A DNA stretch of 64,000 bases, from positions 942,157-1,006,156 of the forward strand of contig MU006089.1 of assembly GCA_010093705.1 (NCBI GenBank), read 5' to 3'. Positions 13,718 through 25,928 of this stretch are shown piece by piece (the stretch's first letter is position 1; each line of letters opens with the position of its first letter). The notes beneath the pieces were generated by a model, which made no database searches, was not told where the DNA came from, and saw nothing but the letters and a program-made list of their open reading frames with translations. Source of the stretch: Patellaria atrata CBS 101060 (taxonomy: Eukaryota). Made by a program: the position numbers and the translations under genes.

Positions 13718-15060
13718 CTAAGCAGCAGGTTGAGCAGGCGGTTGCTCCTCCTCAGCAGGCTTCTCTGCCGTCTCTGGTGCCTTTTCTTCCTTGGGAGCCT
13801 CGGTAGGCGCTTCAGCCTCTGCACCATCCGAAGATGTCCAAAGAGTAAGGTTGTCGCGGAGGAGCTGCATGATCAACGTGCTGTCACGGTACGACTCCTC
13901 TGATAGAGAATCAAGTTCAGCAATGGCGTCATCGAACGCTTGCTTGGCGAGATGGCAGGCACGATCGGGAGAGTTGAGGATTTCGTAGTAGAACACGGAA
14001 AAGTTGAGGGCCAAACCAAGGCGGATTGGGTGTGTTGGGGTTAGCTCAGTCTGGGCGACTTCAGTGGCGGCCTAAAATTCGATTAGCATGATGAATAGGA
14101 CACTTGACGCGTATGGTTTCTCAATAGAATCTTACCTTATAAGCCTCGTGGGCAGCGGTCGCAGCAGTCTTACGCTTCTCTCCCGACGCGAATTCAGCAA
14201 GATAACGGTGGTAATCACCCTTCCTGTTGTCAAAATATATCAGCATCTCTACTTCAATTTCGAGTCTTAGCTAATAAATGTAAACCTACATCTTATGGTA
14301 AAAGACCTTGGACTCTCCAGATTCGGCCTTGGGAATCAAGGAATCATCCAAAACATCGAGAACATCTTGGCAAACTTTCTCGAGCTCGGTCTCAATCTTT
14401 TGACGATATTCGCGAATGGTTGAAACGTGCTTGTCTGAGCCCTTGGATTCTTCCTTTTGCTCAATCGATGAGATTATGCGCCATGACGCACGTCGGGTTC
14501 CGACAACGTTCTTGTAGGCAACAGAAAGCAAGTTGCGCTCGTCAACGGTAAGTTCACCGCCGATCTACCAAATGAGTATGAGAATACATTATCCGATTAA
14601 AAATAGAGGAAGAGGGATAGGATATGTAGATAGCGGATATGCCGGTTGTTGTGTTTACCTTTGCGACTTCCTGTTCTTTGTTAGATAATGTCAACAAACA
14701 AGTGGGGACGCGTGTTTACTGACCTTCATGTACGTCACCATCTCTGTAGAAAGAAAAACAGGTCAGTTAATGCACATCTGACTAACAGAGGATGTTGTGG
14801 TCCCTTACCATCATAGCGCTCAGCCTGCTCGCAGAGCCGGGCGAGGAAGGTCTTGCTGTTGGAGAGTCAATTTTCATGAGTTTCATATGAGGTATTAAAA
14901 GAGTTCAACAACCTTTCGCGCTACAGTAAGAATGGGTTGTTAGCATCAAATACGAAATTTTGGTGTTGTTGTCAATGTCTAAGAGGGGCAGTGTGGGACT
15001 GATTGGCAAAAATGCAGCATGTGATGGAAGATTGGGGGACAAGCTTACATCGTTACTCAT
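13718..15060 (-). CDS. 14-3-3 protein; 8 coding exons (15060-15049, 14920-14913, 14855-14809, 14743-14724, 14670-14659, 14564-14290, 14223-14136, 14071-13718)
   Basis: Spliced [55 protein letters not shown]...[15 protein letters not shown]...[20 protein letters not shown]. Confidence 0.97.
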
Positions 15061-16073
15061 TGTAAGGAATCAGATATGATTCAGTGATATGGTATAGGCG
15101 TTGTGGAAAAGAGGAAGTGGTAGAGTGAGTCGTGGGGGAGAAAGTATTGTCGCGATAAGTGAGTTTAGTAGAGGTAGAAAGCGAGGCGTGTGAGGGAAAA
15201 GACGTTGAAGTGGGAGAAGGGTTCAGGTTGGCTTGGACCTCCCACCCCAAAAGTCCAAGCCCAAGGTCGCGAAACAGCTGAAGCAAATCGAGCGACAGCA
15301 CACGGCAGCAGCAAGAAAACTTCACGGCTGTGCATGTGCATACAACAACACAACCAAACATATACTCTTTTCACCTTAGCCTGATTTATGTGGCACGTTA
15401 TTATTTACCTGCAAGACTGTACTTACAGTACATACTTAAGGTATACCTTGGAGTACTATACCTGTTATCTATATATGACGAAAGTATCGTGACTTCGATA
15501 TCTACATTTTCTGTATATCAATTTCCTCTTTCTGTTTCCACTGTCAACATCAGCTTGAGCATGTAGCTGACCTGATCTATTGGCTCATCAAATTTGCCTT
15601 GGCTTAACTGGGCTTATTCATTCTTTAATTAAACGTACAAACTTCAGTACGACTTGTCTCTGGAGTTGTTATTTATATATTGATACTTTCGATCAAGTCA
15701 ACTTAGGCAGACGCAGTACCGGTTGCTGTAACACCGATACGGACACTGCCTAATAAGTTCTGTAAAATGAACTTTTGAGGCTGTGTCAGCGACCCAACAA
15801 TCAGATGCCATAACCCTTGGAGGCCAAACGGAGCTTTGCTGGTCCAATCATTGTCACTGGACCGACTTCGCAACTTTTGAGCTCATCGAATTCCCCCGAT
15901 TTGACGCGTATTTTATGTGATACATCAAACTGTAGCTTACCGTACTCAAATCAACAGATACCATATCCGTATCAACAGAACACCTGGAGAGTTTGTTAAA
16001 AGTCTCCGGCTATGTGCTCCTTATAATTCAATCAGTACTGAATTGTATCAACTTCTAGAGCTATGTCGTTGTA

Positions 16074-17016
16074 CTACATCAACAACCGCCAAGCACCCAG
16101 AATGAGGGCGGCCGCTCCCGTGCAAACACCCCTTGATAGAGGTTAGTGGTTTTAAATGACGCAAGGTAATTAACATGCGACAGGATATAACTTACATCAG
16201 CCATTGTAATGTGGAGAATTTGATGGCTTCAAGCCTCTCCCTAAGAACAGCTGTTTCTTGTTCTATCCTAGTCTCGGTTTCCTTTATTTTCATGTCTTGA
16301 ACATTCGCCTCGTCTCGGATTCTCCCCTTCTCCAAACTCAGATCAAGACGTAAGGAAGCTTGTGTCCGCTGTATCTCGTCCCGCAATCTAGAATTCAATT
16401 TGGCAAGTTCGTTCGTAAGACGATCGTGTGACGCCCGAGTAAGGGAGGATTCAGAAGAATCTGCAGTAAGTAGCTCAGATCTAAGCTTCGAAAAGTCCAC
16501 TTTCTGGGTATAGCTGGCCTTTTCCTGGTCCTCCCGTAATACCATTGTCCGTGTCAGATTCTGTATGCTATCGTAGTTCAGCATTTTGTAGAGCCACGAT
16601 GGGCAGTGGTATTACCTCTCCTCGATGACATCGCTCAAGACCTTCATCATAGCAACTGCTTGATCTTCTGTAAAGCCTTCCTCCTTCAAGCGTTGAACGA
16701 ACTTTAGTGTATCGAAATGGTGATCCCGATGTCGTCTCGTAGTTGTGGAGAATGCTCGTCGGGCTGCTTTAAAGGCCAGATGTGAAACTTGAGGCCTGGG
16801 CGTTGCATTTTGCTTCAATTGAACTCTACGGTCAGGAATAACAGTTTGGGATGGTGTTGCGGTTCTAGCAGAATTGTATCGAGCTTGATGAGGGGTCCGA
16901 CTGTGCGTTTGGAAGCTATTATAGGCGATAGCAGGGCGAACAAAGGCCGTTACCCAGGATAGTCGCGGAAGTAGGAACCTAGGGACAGATTCTGAGAAGA
17001 TTAGAGTTGTAGACAT
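16074..17016 (-). CDS. Mitochondrial DUF1640 / CCDC90 / Fmp32-like coiled-coil protein (3 exons)
   Basis: Arg/Ser-rich presequence; HHFDTLKFVQRLKEEGFTEDQA; coiled coil; C-terminal TM segment LQWLMGVCTGAAALILGAWRLLM. Confidence 0.9.
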
Positions 17017-17638
17017 AATGAGTTCGATATCCTAATGAGATAGTTGATGTGCTCTCAACAACCTCGAAGCGATATCTGAGCAATGTTGACGTGGAAAGTT
17101 GCGGGTCCGTGCACTCCCAAAACGTCCAATTTACTTAACTGTACTTTTTGTTACTTTAAATATCCCATAATTACAACAACATAAATCATAAATCGAAAGC
17201 AAAAATCTAAAATAAAATGGAGAGTTAAAGAATAACGAAAGATCGAGGGGAAAAAAGAAAAACAAGAAAGCTGGGGAAAGGGCACCGATCCAAGAATCAA
17301 CTCGGTGAACTGGGGATGGTGTAGCACTGAAGAATGTACTACTCCTTTAATTCGATAAGAGTGTACAGTAGAATGACCTATAACCTTTAGTGTGCTCAGA
17401 CAGGAGATCTAGGATGAACCCCTTACTTGACAAATGATGTCTGTCTACGGAACTTTCAACTTTGAGAAATAGTGAAGGTACTTGCTAAATTTCAGGATGC
17501 AATGGAATCGAAGATTTAAAAGAACCTAATCTCCTAACTTTATAATTAGGCGTAAAGTGAATAACAGATAGTACTGATATTTCAGCAAACAGCTGTATAA
17601 ACCCTATGTACAACTGTATACACATCAATAGATTGTCT

Positions 17639-18815
17639 TCAATCTACCTTCCCCAACCCCCCCAACGCACATAACACTGCTCTGTACCGAATCTTTCCGC
17701 TCACTAGCTTCTCTAGTACTTCATTTAGACCCTTCTCGCTCATCTCAAATTTTTCTATGATCGGTTTGATGCTATGTGTTGCAGCGAACTTCAACATGTC
17801 ATCATGGTATTTACGGGAGGCTACTAGATTGCTAGCAAGATTATAGCTGTTGAAGAAGGTGTCAAAACCGCTATTATGCTGTTAACATGACGCTCTAGCT
17901 TAATGAATTTACACGTATGGTACTTACGGCAAGTCATATGTGGATGCTGGTTCACTAAGTGGAATGAGAGTCCCGCTTCGAGCTAGAACCTCCTTTTTGA
18001 AAAACCTTGGGGATATAAGTTAGCTCTAATCATAGTTTGGCAAAGAGGTCACACTTACTTCTTCAAGTCTGGCACACCTTTACCAGCGAACAGAATAAGA
18101 TGAACAGGCTCAGGTAACCTATCAATCTCGTCGATAAGATAGAACTCTTGAGCTCCCAAGCTTTTCGCTTCCTTCTCTTTAGATCCAGTATAAGAGAATA
18201 CTACGACCTCCGCACCGAGCCTGCTAGCAAACTGGATGGCAAGATGTCCCAGCCCACCTACACCTACAATACCAACACGCATCCCAGGCTTCAGGTTCCG
18301 GATCAGTGCTGTATATACGGTAGCTCCTGCGCACTGTAAAGGAGCAGCCTCTTCTGAAGACAGTTCATCTGGGATTTTATGCAGATATGTCTCGGTTCCT
18401 ACATAATAGTCCGCGAATGTTCCTATAATACGTCAATCTCGAACTGATAAGATATGAGCGAGATCGTACCTTGGTTATAGTTACTCTCGCCGAAGATATC
18501 ACGTTGGTAACACATGATTTCATCTCCGCTAAGGCAGTAGCTACAATGGCCACAAGAACCACGAAGATAACCTCCACCGGCACGATCCCCAACTTTGAAC
18601 TGAGTAACCTCGCTACCAACCTTCTCTACGATGCCAACGCCTTCATGTCCAAGTGCCAATCCATATGGGAGGAAAGCTCTATCTGTCCCGCAGAATCCAG
18701 AATGAGTGATGCGTAGGAGGATCTCTCTGGGTTTGAGATCAACGTTGAGCTCTACCGGGGTTTGCTTGATTGTTCCATCAACTCCACGGTAAACGTTCAC
18801 TGACTTTACAGACAT
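17639..18815 (-). CDS. Zn-dependent NADP alcohol dehydrogenase (cinnamyl-ADH/Adh6-like), multi-exon
   Basis: CGTD, GHEGVG, CGHCSYC..C, APLQCAGATVY, GVGGLGHLAIQFA, C-terminal GKIRYRAVL. Confidence 0.9.
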
Positions 18816-20420
18816 ATCCAATGATTCCAAAGCAGCTTCCTCTAAGACAAAACTTTGACTTTGAAGATAGAAATGAAATCATGACAAGAGGAAGCCACGA
18901 CGGATTCTCCGCCTTTTTATATTAGAAAACTGACACTATCATAACCTAACTGATCCGGAGATAGGACCATACATTTGACGTCCGGCTTTTTCCAACATAG
19001 ATCATTGTAACAGGCTTCCATTCCAATGAGTCTGTTCCAGGCAACGATGGGCGCGTTTGAATAATCATACAGTAGTGACGCCGCAAGAAAAGAGCCAATG
19101 TATGTTCTTGAACGGACGGAATTAGACAGACTGGGACTTCTAACGAGTAGATAGTGCTGAATAAGAAGTTGCACGTTGAGTAATCTGCGTACTATCGTCG
19201 ATTCAGACCTACTCAGCTGCTGTTCGCTAGCTCCCCAGACATAGACATGGTGTACTTCGGACGTAGGAGTACTGATCACTTATTGATCTGCTTCGTCTAG
19301 CTACTTTCTGATAATCTATTTTTTTAGAGGTTCAGTTCTTGGAACTATGTGTAACCGTACAGTACAGTAAGCCAATGGCAGGGTATGGGATTGGGAGACT
19401 GGAACGCGGCTCTTTGCACACAGAGGAACTTAATCTGACGACTACTCATTCTCTTTCCTGAAATTCTAGTGTTTCTAGGTAAAATCAAGTGTTATATCGA
19501 CAACAGGACTTATAAGAATTTGGAAATTTCGCCTCCGCGGAGCACGTAGGGTCATATTTGATAGCTAAATTAGATTCTGATACTGTATGTTATCTAATAA
19601 CAAAATGATGATACTTGGTTTCCCTTATTTATGATGAGTTACCATGGTATTCTAATCCAGTGCTCTATGATGAGCTATATAGAAAAGAAATTGAGAGTCA
19701 TTCAGGCTGATGTTTCCTCATTTCGGATCTTCCACGCCGTCCACGGGCGCTAGTTCTAGGGAAGTGGGCGTGATAGGCGTACGCAATCCTCTCCATCACA
19801 TCCCGTCTCCACAATGCGCGTTCATTTAAAGTTTTGAACGAACTTCAGGGGCAGCAAATTCGGTTGGGCAAGTTTAGGAATACGCTCTCGCGTCCTTGCA
19901 TGATCTTAAACAGAACTGGGCCAGTGGATGAATCGAAGTACCGACGCGCCGTTTAGATCGCGCAGTGGGATGCTGTTGCGGCTCAGTTCTTGCAGGTAAA
20001 GAACAATCTCCTTATCAAACAGTTCAAATTCGTGCAATTACGCCTAATATTCAAAGTTCATAGAGTTCCCCTTCCTAAAATGCCCAGAGCTGGGCATCCC
20101 GCCTTGAGGTGCCGTTAACCAGGAGATGGTTGAATTGTCGAATGAACTGTCAGAGTTCCGGCATGTGTTCCGAACCTCATGAGGTTGGTAACCTTACATA
20201 TGCGCTGCGTGTCCAGATAACGGGATCCATGGTCTTCTTTTTCTTTTTTCGGGTCCCTCAATTAGTTCTAATTCAGGGACTTTTATTTCACTGTGTATTT
20301 TCATGTAGTGAGGTCTGACCTTTCGATACCTCACGCGACCTCTCCTTGCATCATTTTTCAACCACTTAACCCTGGACATTTCATTTTCACTTATTTTGGC
20401 GTGAACAGAGCTGGAGGAAT

Positions 20421-21842
20421 ATGGGAAGTGAGGGCGCGAGAAATGTCAAATGGATTGATGTGAGTTTCATACTAAAGTTTTTGAAATCTGTGTAACCTAA
20501 CAAATTGTACAGGGCGTTCGCGGTATCGCATCATTCTCAGTGATATGCACCCACCTTGCACGCGCATTTAATTACAATCTCTTCTGGCCATCCTCAACTG
20601 AAGAGGCAACACCCCTCATCCTGCAATGGCCTATCCTTCGGCTTCCCTGGCAAGGAAGAATAGGTGTTGCTCTATTTGCTTTCCTAACCGGTTACGTATG
20701 CGCTCTGAAGCCACTCAGACAAGCGCGATCCGGTAACCCAGCCGGGGCATTATCCTCGATCGCAAAAAGTGCGTTTCGTCGACCACCTAGGCTCATACTC
20801 CCCGCATTGATTGCGACGGCTATAAGCTGGACAATAGCTCAATTTGGCGGATTCGTGGTTGCAACTAGATGTGACTCGGACTACCTTAGGGACTCCAGCC
20901 CAAAGGTCGCTGGAAGGTCATTGAAAGATGAGATCTATCGGTTCTTCCGCGTTTCCCATAACACATGGACGACTGGGCATATGGATTATGACGATCACCA
21001 GTGGGCTCTACTACCACTCCTGAAAGGATCTATGATGGTCTACGTCACACTTGCGGCGACCGTATATATGAAGTTCAAATACAGGCTTGTCGTTTACACC
21101 TTAATGTTCTTACATTGGCATGAGAACAATTTACCGGAGACTGGTAAGTGAAAGAATTGGTGACTGTCCATATCGGCTAACACTGGCTCAAGAAACTTTC
21201 GGAATGCAGTTGTTCTTTGGGATGTTCCTATGCGATCTATCTGATCATCCACCCGTCCAACACTTCATAACTTCACGCCGTTGGGTCAGAGTCATTTTAT
21301 CACCGGCTTTACTTTTCATCGGGCTCTATCTCGCTTCTTTCCCAGATGGTCGTTTCCACTGGGTTCGTTGGTCAGCGGACCTTGAAAGGTTAGGCCACGC
21401 GATTTTCCCACGGGATGTTTCTCTGCAAAAACGATTCACAGGCCTTGGTTGCCATTTCATCATGTCCGGAATATTTCTTTCACCTACTCTGAGAGATATC
21501 CTCTCAAACCGGCTCTTTCTCTGGCTGGGCCGAAATAGCTTCGCAGTATATTTGACTCATGGAACTCTCCTACGAGTCGTGCTTGCCTGGATGATCTATG
21601 GCATATCAGGCCAACCGTGGGTCGAAACCAAGAACGAAAAGGGGGAAGTTGTACCCCCGACACCCCTCCCACGGGTTGGTCATCTTGGATTTGTAATCGC
21701 TTTATCCATCTGGTTCCCACTTGTATATACGGTAGGTCATATGTGGACTACATATGTGGATTCTTGGTGCGCGAAAATCACGCACAAACTGGAAAGGTTG
21801 ACGTTTGAGGAGGATGAGAAAGCGCCGCTGTTGGTAACATAA
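20421..21842 (+). CDS. Acyltransferase-3 family integral membrane protein (3 exons)
   Basis: WID-GVRGIASFSVICTH; GVALFAFLTGYV; FRRPPRL; WLGRNSFAVYLTHG; multiple TM segments. Confidence 0.88.
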
Positions 21843-22434
21843 ATTTTTGGTTTGGGCGATGATATCCATAACATAGTATTTTACAGGGAACATTTTGGGT
21901 ACCTGAGCCTATAATTTGGACATTACTTTATTGCATCGCGGGCGAGGAAATGGTTCACGTTTGTACGTAGTGATGACTTATATACGTAGTCTGTCATGGA
22001 CATGTATGAACTCCTAAATAACCTCTCTTGTTATACTCGTGTTTACAAACATGGTATTCATATGATTAATCTATGATGTGCAGGATGGGGGATCCCGAGT
22101 TGAAAAATCAAATTAATACCGTCCCAACTGGAGTATCTTTGAATAGTAAGGGTTTATAAATATGACGTTGTCCCGACCAGTCAGGAGGTTGGGATCCTCC
22201 CTATTGTAGATATTCGGCTAAAAGTTCCTCTGCAGGAATTCTTTAGTAGACAACGACCTTACTCCTAACACATGAACAAGTCATCAGGAGTCTTTCGGAA
22301 TATATCTAAAAGACTTCGGAATCGTGATGTCGGACAGCCACCATTATCTTGGCATAAGCAGTCGGATATCGAGGTTGTGTAGCCTCAGGCAGCTATCATG
22401 CATCACCTCCCGGAGCGACATCTAAATTATCAAT

Positions 22435-23316
22435 ATGAAGTTATATGCCATTGCCGATATTCATCTCAGCTACCAGTCTAATCGGGAGGCATGGGCCGAA
22501 CTGAAAGAATTTCCCGACGACGGGCTCATCATCGCAGGCGATATCGGGGAGTCAGCGGCGCAACTGGAAACAGCTTTTGAGAAAGCAACATCCTGCTTCA
22601 GGCACGTCTTCTGGTGTCCAGGAAACCACGAGCTCTACACCCTCGGTTCAGTCACCGACTTAAAAGGAGAAGAAAAATATAACGAATGCGTCGAAATCGC
22701 GCGCAAATACGGCGTACACAACCCCGAAGATGATTTCTTCCGCTGGGAAGGCGAGGGCGGTCCAGTGCTGATCGCACCCATATTCACACTCTACGATTAC
22801 AGTTTCCGCCCGGATCATGTGAGTAGGGAAAATGCTTTGAGTTGGGCAGAAGAAGAAGATATCGTGGCCACTGACGAGGCGGTCCTACACCCTGATCCTC
22901 ATCCCTCACGTGATGCTTGGTGTTCGCATCTCGTCTCTAAGTTCTCTTCGAAACTCGCCGCAGCACAAGAAGAGCATGGTATACCACTCGTCATCATCAA
23001 CCACTGGCCGCTCCGCGAGGATTTGGTATACATCCCCCGCATACCACGCTTCAGCCTCTGGTGCGGTACTAAGGAGACCCATGAGTGGCATAGGAGGTTC
23101 AATGTCAAAGTTGTTGTTAGTGGACACCTTCATGTCCGCAGGACGGACTGGAAAGATGGTGTGAGATTCGAAGAGGTTAGTTTGGGGTATCCAAGACAGT
23201 GGAAAGATGTGAGAGATAGTGGACTCGATGTGAACTCGTTGTTACGGGAGATATTGCCTGGACCGAAGCCGCCTCCTGAGGGAGAGTCTCCCACGCAGTG
23301 GCGGCGTTGGGGATGA
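22435..23316 (+). CDS. Calcineurin-like metallophosphoesterase, PptH (Rv2795c)-like; intronless
   Basis: DIH, GDI, GNHE, NHWP, GHLH metal motifs; also YDYSF, VATDE, RDAWC, FSLWCGT, DGVRFEEVSLGYPRQW. Confidence 0.9.
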   Translation: MKLYAIADIHLSYQSNREAWAELKEFPDDGLIIAGDIGESAAQLETAFEKATSCFRHVFWCPGNHELYTLGSVTDLKGEEKYNECVEIARKYGVHNPEDDFFRWEGEGGPVLIAPIFTLYDYSFRPDHVSRENALSWAEEEDIVATDEAVLHPDPHPSRDAWCSHLVSKFSSKLAAAQEEHGIPLVIINHWPLREDLVYIPRIPRFSLWCGTKETHEWHRRFNVKVVVSGHLHVRRTDWKDGVRFEEVSLGYPRQWKDVRDSGLDVNSLLREILPGPKPPPEGESPTQWRRWG

Positions 23317-25928
23317 TGAGATGGTAGGCTCACCTTAGCATGTTTGTGGGGTGATGGTTGATTAGTATTGTATGCGAGTTTACATCGTCTGCAGTGTATA
23401 TCTTTAGATCCGTTCTAAGCATACATTTACAGGTTCCAGTAGACAGTGGCGAAGTTCTAGTTTGAGTATGGGAGGTACGTACCAGATTTTTCAAGCTCTT
23501 ATGGACTCATGGGAAGAGACTCGGCGGTAATCAATAGGGGAAGAAGTTTTGAAATTCCACTAGTCGTATTTCGTACTTTGCAAATTTCGAATGCGAGAAA
23601 TGGTGCATGTTTCTCTAAACGCATCGTCAGCTTCTCAGAGAACAGCTTAAGCACTCAGCGGTTCTACTAAATAAGAGATGCAGACCCTCAGACAATTCAA
23701 TTGCTCCATCTCCCACTATCCGAACAAGTCTCATTTTCCCTCGCGCTTCTTACCTAATGCGTCCGTAGAGAGTCGTCCGCTTGAAGACAAGTCTGACACT
23801 CTTTCAAACGGCGTATCCCGTACTCAATGAGGTCATATAACCGCTATAAAGTGGCAATAGTGTCCTTTTATACTAGACTTTCTGCTGTGTAACTGTTTCA
23901 ATCCTCATAGTGTGATACTCTGGGTAGAAGAAAACATGCGTGGTCATCATACGGACAAGGCTAGTTCTAAACACCGCAACCCGCACAAAAGCTGCTGCAA
24001 GTATGACTTACATTCGGTATGATCCGAAATCGATTGCACGAACAGTCGAATACGTGAGCGAAGTTCCGTGGAGACGTTGAACTAAATTGCAAATCCATAC
24101 CACTCGCGTCAAAATGCTCCCATTGGTCCCCGTCTCAACCCCCTGCTCTCCTCTCCAACCACAACCACACATCCCCAAACAATAACACCGCTATGTGAGA
24201 AGCAAAGATTTTGTCAGATCACCATTTCTATCCATCTCTATGAATCTTCCCAGCCGCAAGAGAGCAGCGAGATCCTCGTCTCCGCCCTCCCCACCGTCGA
24301 CGTCGCGCATCCGTGAAAATCAGGGCGATAGCGATATCGATGCTCTCACTCTGATACCGGCGGCCGACGCATGGCCGTTTGAGATCTCGGAATTGCTGAG
24401 TTTGCCTTCGGATGCGGTTGGAGGCAGCCCCGAGATGGGGGATAACAGGGGGAATTATGTAGAAGGGGAGAGTGTGTTTGTGCTGTGTGTTATGGGGGGT
24501 ATGGGGATGAGGGTGCATTATGATTTATTATGGTGAGAAGCTTTTTTCCTGTATAAAATTTAAAGGCAATTACATTACTTCGATCTCTCCAATACTTTTA
24601 TGTAACATATAATTTCCAAAGAGAATAAAAGAAAAAGAATATATATATATATAATCAGTCTCATCTTCAACTCCAACACAAACCCCATCACCCAACCCCC
24701 TTACCATTTCCCCCCTTTCATATAACATATCACATCATATCAAATACCATACCCTTCTAACACCTCACCCCATAGCATAGCATACCCTACCCTCCTAACC
24801 CTCTCCCCACGCATCCAAATCCTCGCGTTGACACCCACATCCTCCCTCCCCACCCCTTTACATCCCACCTTCACATCCACGCAGTTCCCTCGTATTCCTT
24901 CTCATGACCCCACTCAAAATACACCCCTTACCCCTTATCAAAACAACCCGGACCCTCCTATCCCCATCGACCCCTCTTCCCCTACCCTCCTCGCCCTCCC
25001 CCTCCTCCCAACACCACCCAACCTCCTCCTCACCCTCGGCCTCCTGCACCCCCTCGGCGGAGGAACGGGGGCACTAGATGCGATCGTTCTTCTGGATGCG
25101 GGGGGGAGGAGGAGATTAGTTGTTCCTTTTGGCTGGGGCGCGGGTCGGCATATTTTTGACGCTGCGGGCGGGGGGATGCTCAGGCGGCTATTGATGGGGA
25201 AGGTGGTTGAGGGGGTGGGCGGGTTGGTTGGGGGGAATTAGGGGGGATAGGAAGGGGAAGGGGGGAAGAGAATTTATAGAGGTATAAGGGGAAAGGAAAG
25301 GAGGGCGGGATTTTTAGAGAAGACGGAAATGTATCGCTTGGCTATCTTACCTTAGGTACTGTACCTAGAGGAAATCGGAAACGTTACTGTGAAAACTAAG
25401 GTTGAATGTAGCTGGATGAGGTGACTGAATTCGTATTAGCGGTGTCAGAGTGCGGCTGGGCTGCGATACGATTATTACTGTAACACTGTCCTAGAGCCTC
25501 AGCTGGAATTTTCTTTTGGCTTTTGCTTGAGATTTGGAATTATTTCGACTGTTTTTCTCTTCGCCGATTACTTCTCTATTTTCTAAAGAGATGTAGAACA
25601 AGAGGTGTGTTGATGACGGATTAGCTCTGATTTGGTATAGATACTTTGCCACGAAAGGGAAAAAAAGATCTTCAAAGCTAAAGATAGTAGTAGAGTAACT
25701 TCGTATCACATGTGAACAAGAGAAGCAAAATATTGTGGGCCCATTTACTTTTTTATTTTGTAACTATCGTCAAAAAACGCCTCCCCTCTTTTTTTGAGTC
25801 GTGATCTATAGTCTATGGATATGAACATTGTGTGAAACAGAGCTACCTCCCTAAAAATTTTCGCTAAAAATGACAAGAAGCAATCAATATACAGAGATCA
25901 TCAAAAAATCATCCCGAGACTGAAATAT

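Noticed and set aside
18377..18470. Apparent frameshift in the alcohol dehydrogenase
   Set aside because: Explained by a GT-AG intron; the spliced frame is continuous (NQG-TFADYYVGTETYLHKIP).
17639..23316. ADH + acyltransferase + phosphoesterase as a secondary-metabolite cluster
   Set aside because: No PKS, NRPS, terpene synthase or cluster regulator in the window; neighbours are housekeeping genes.
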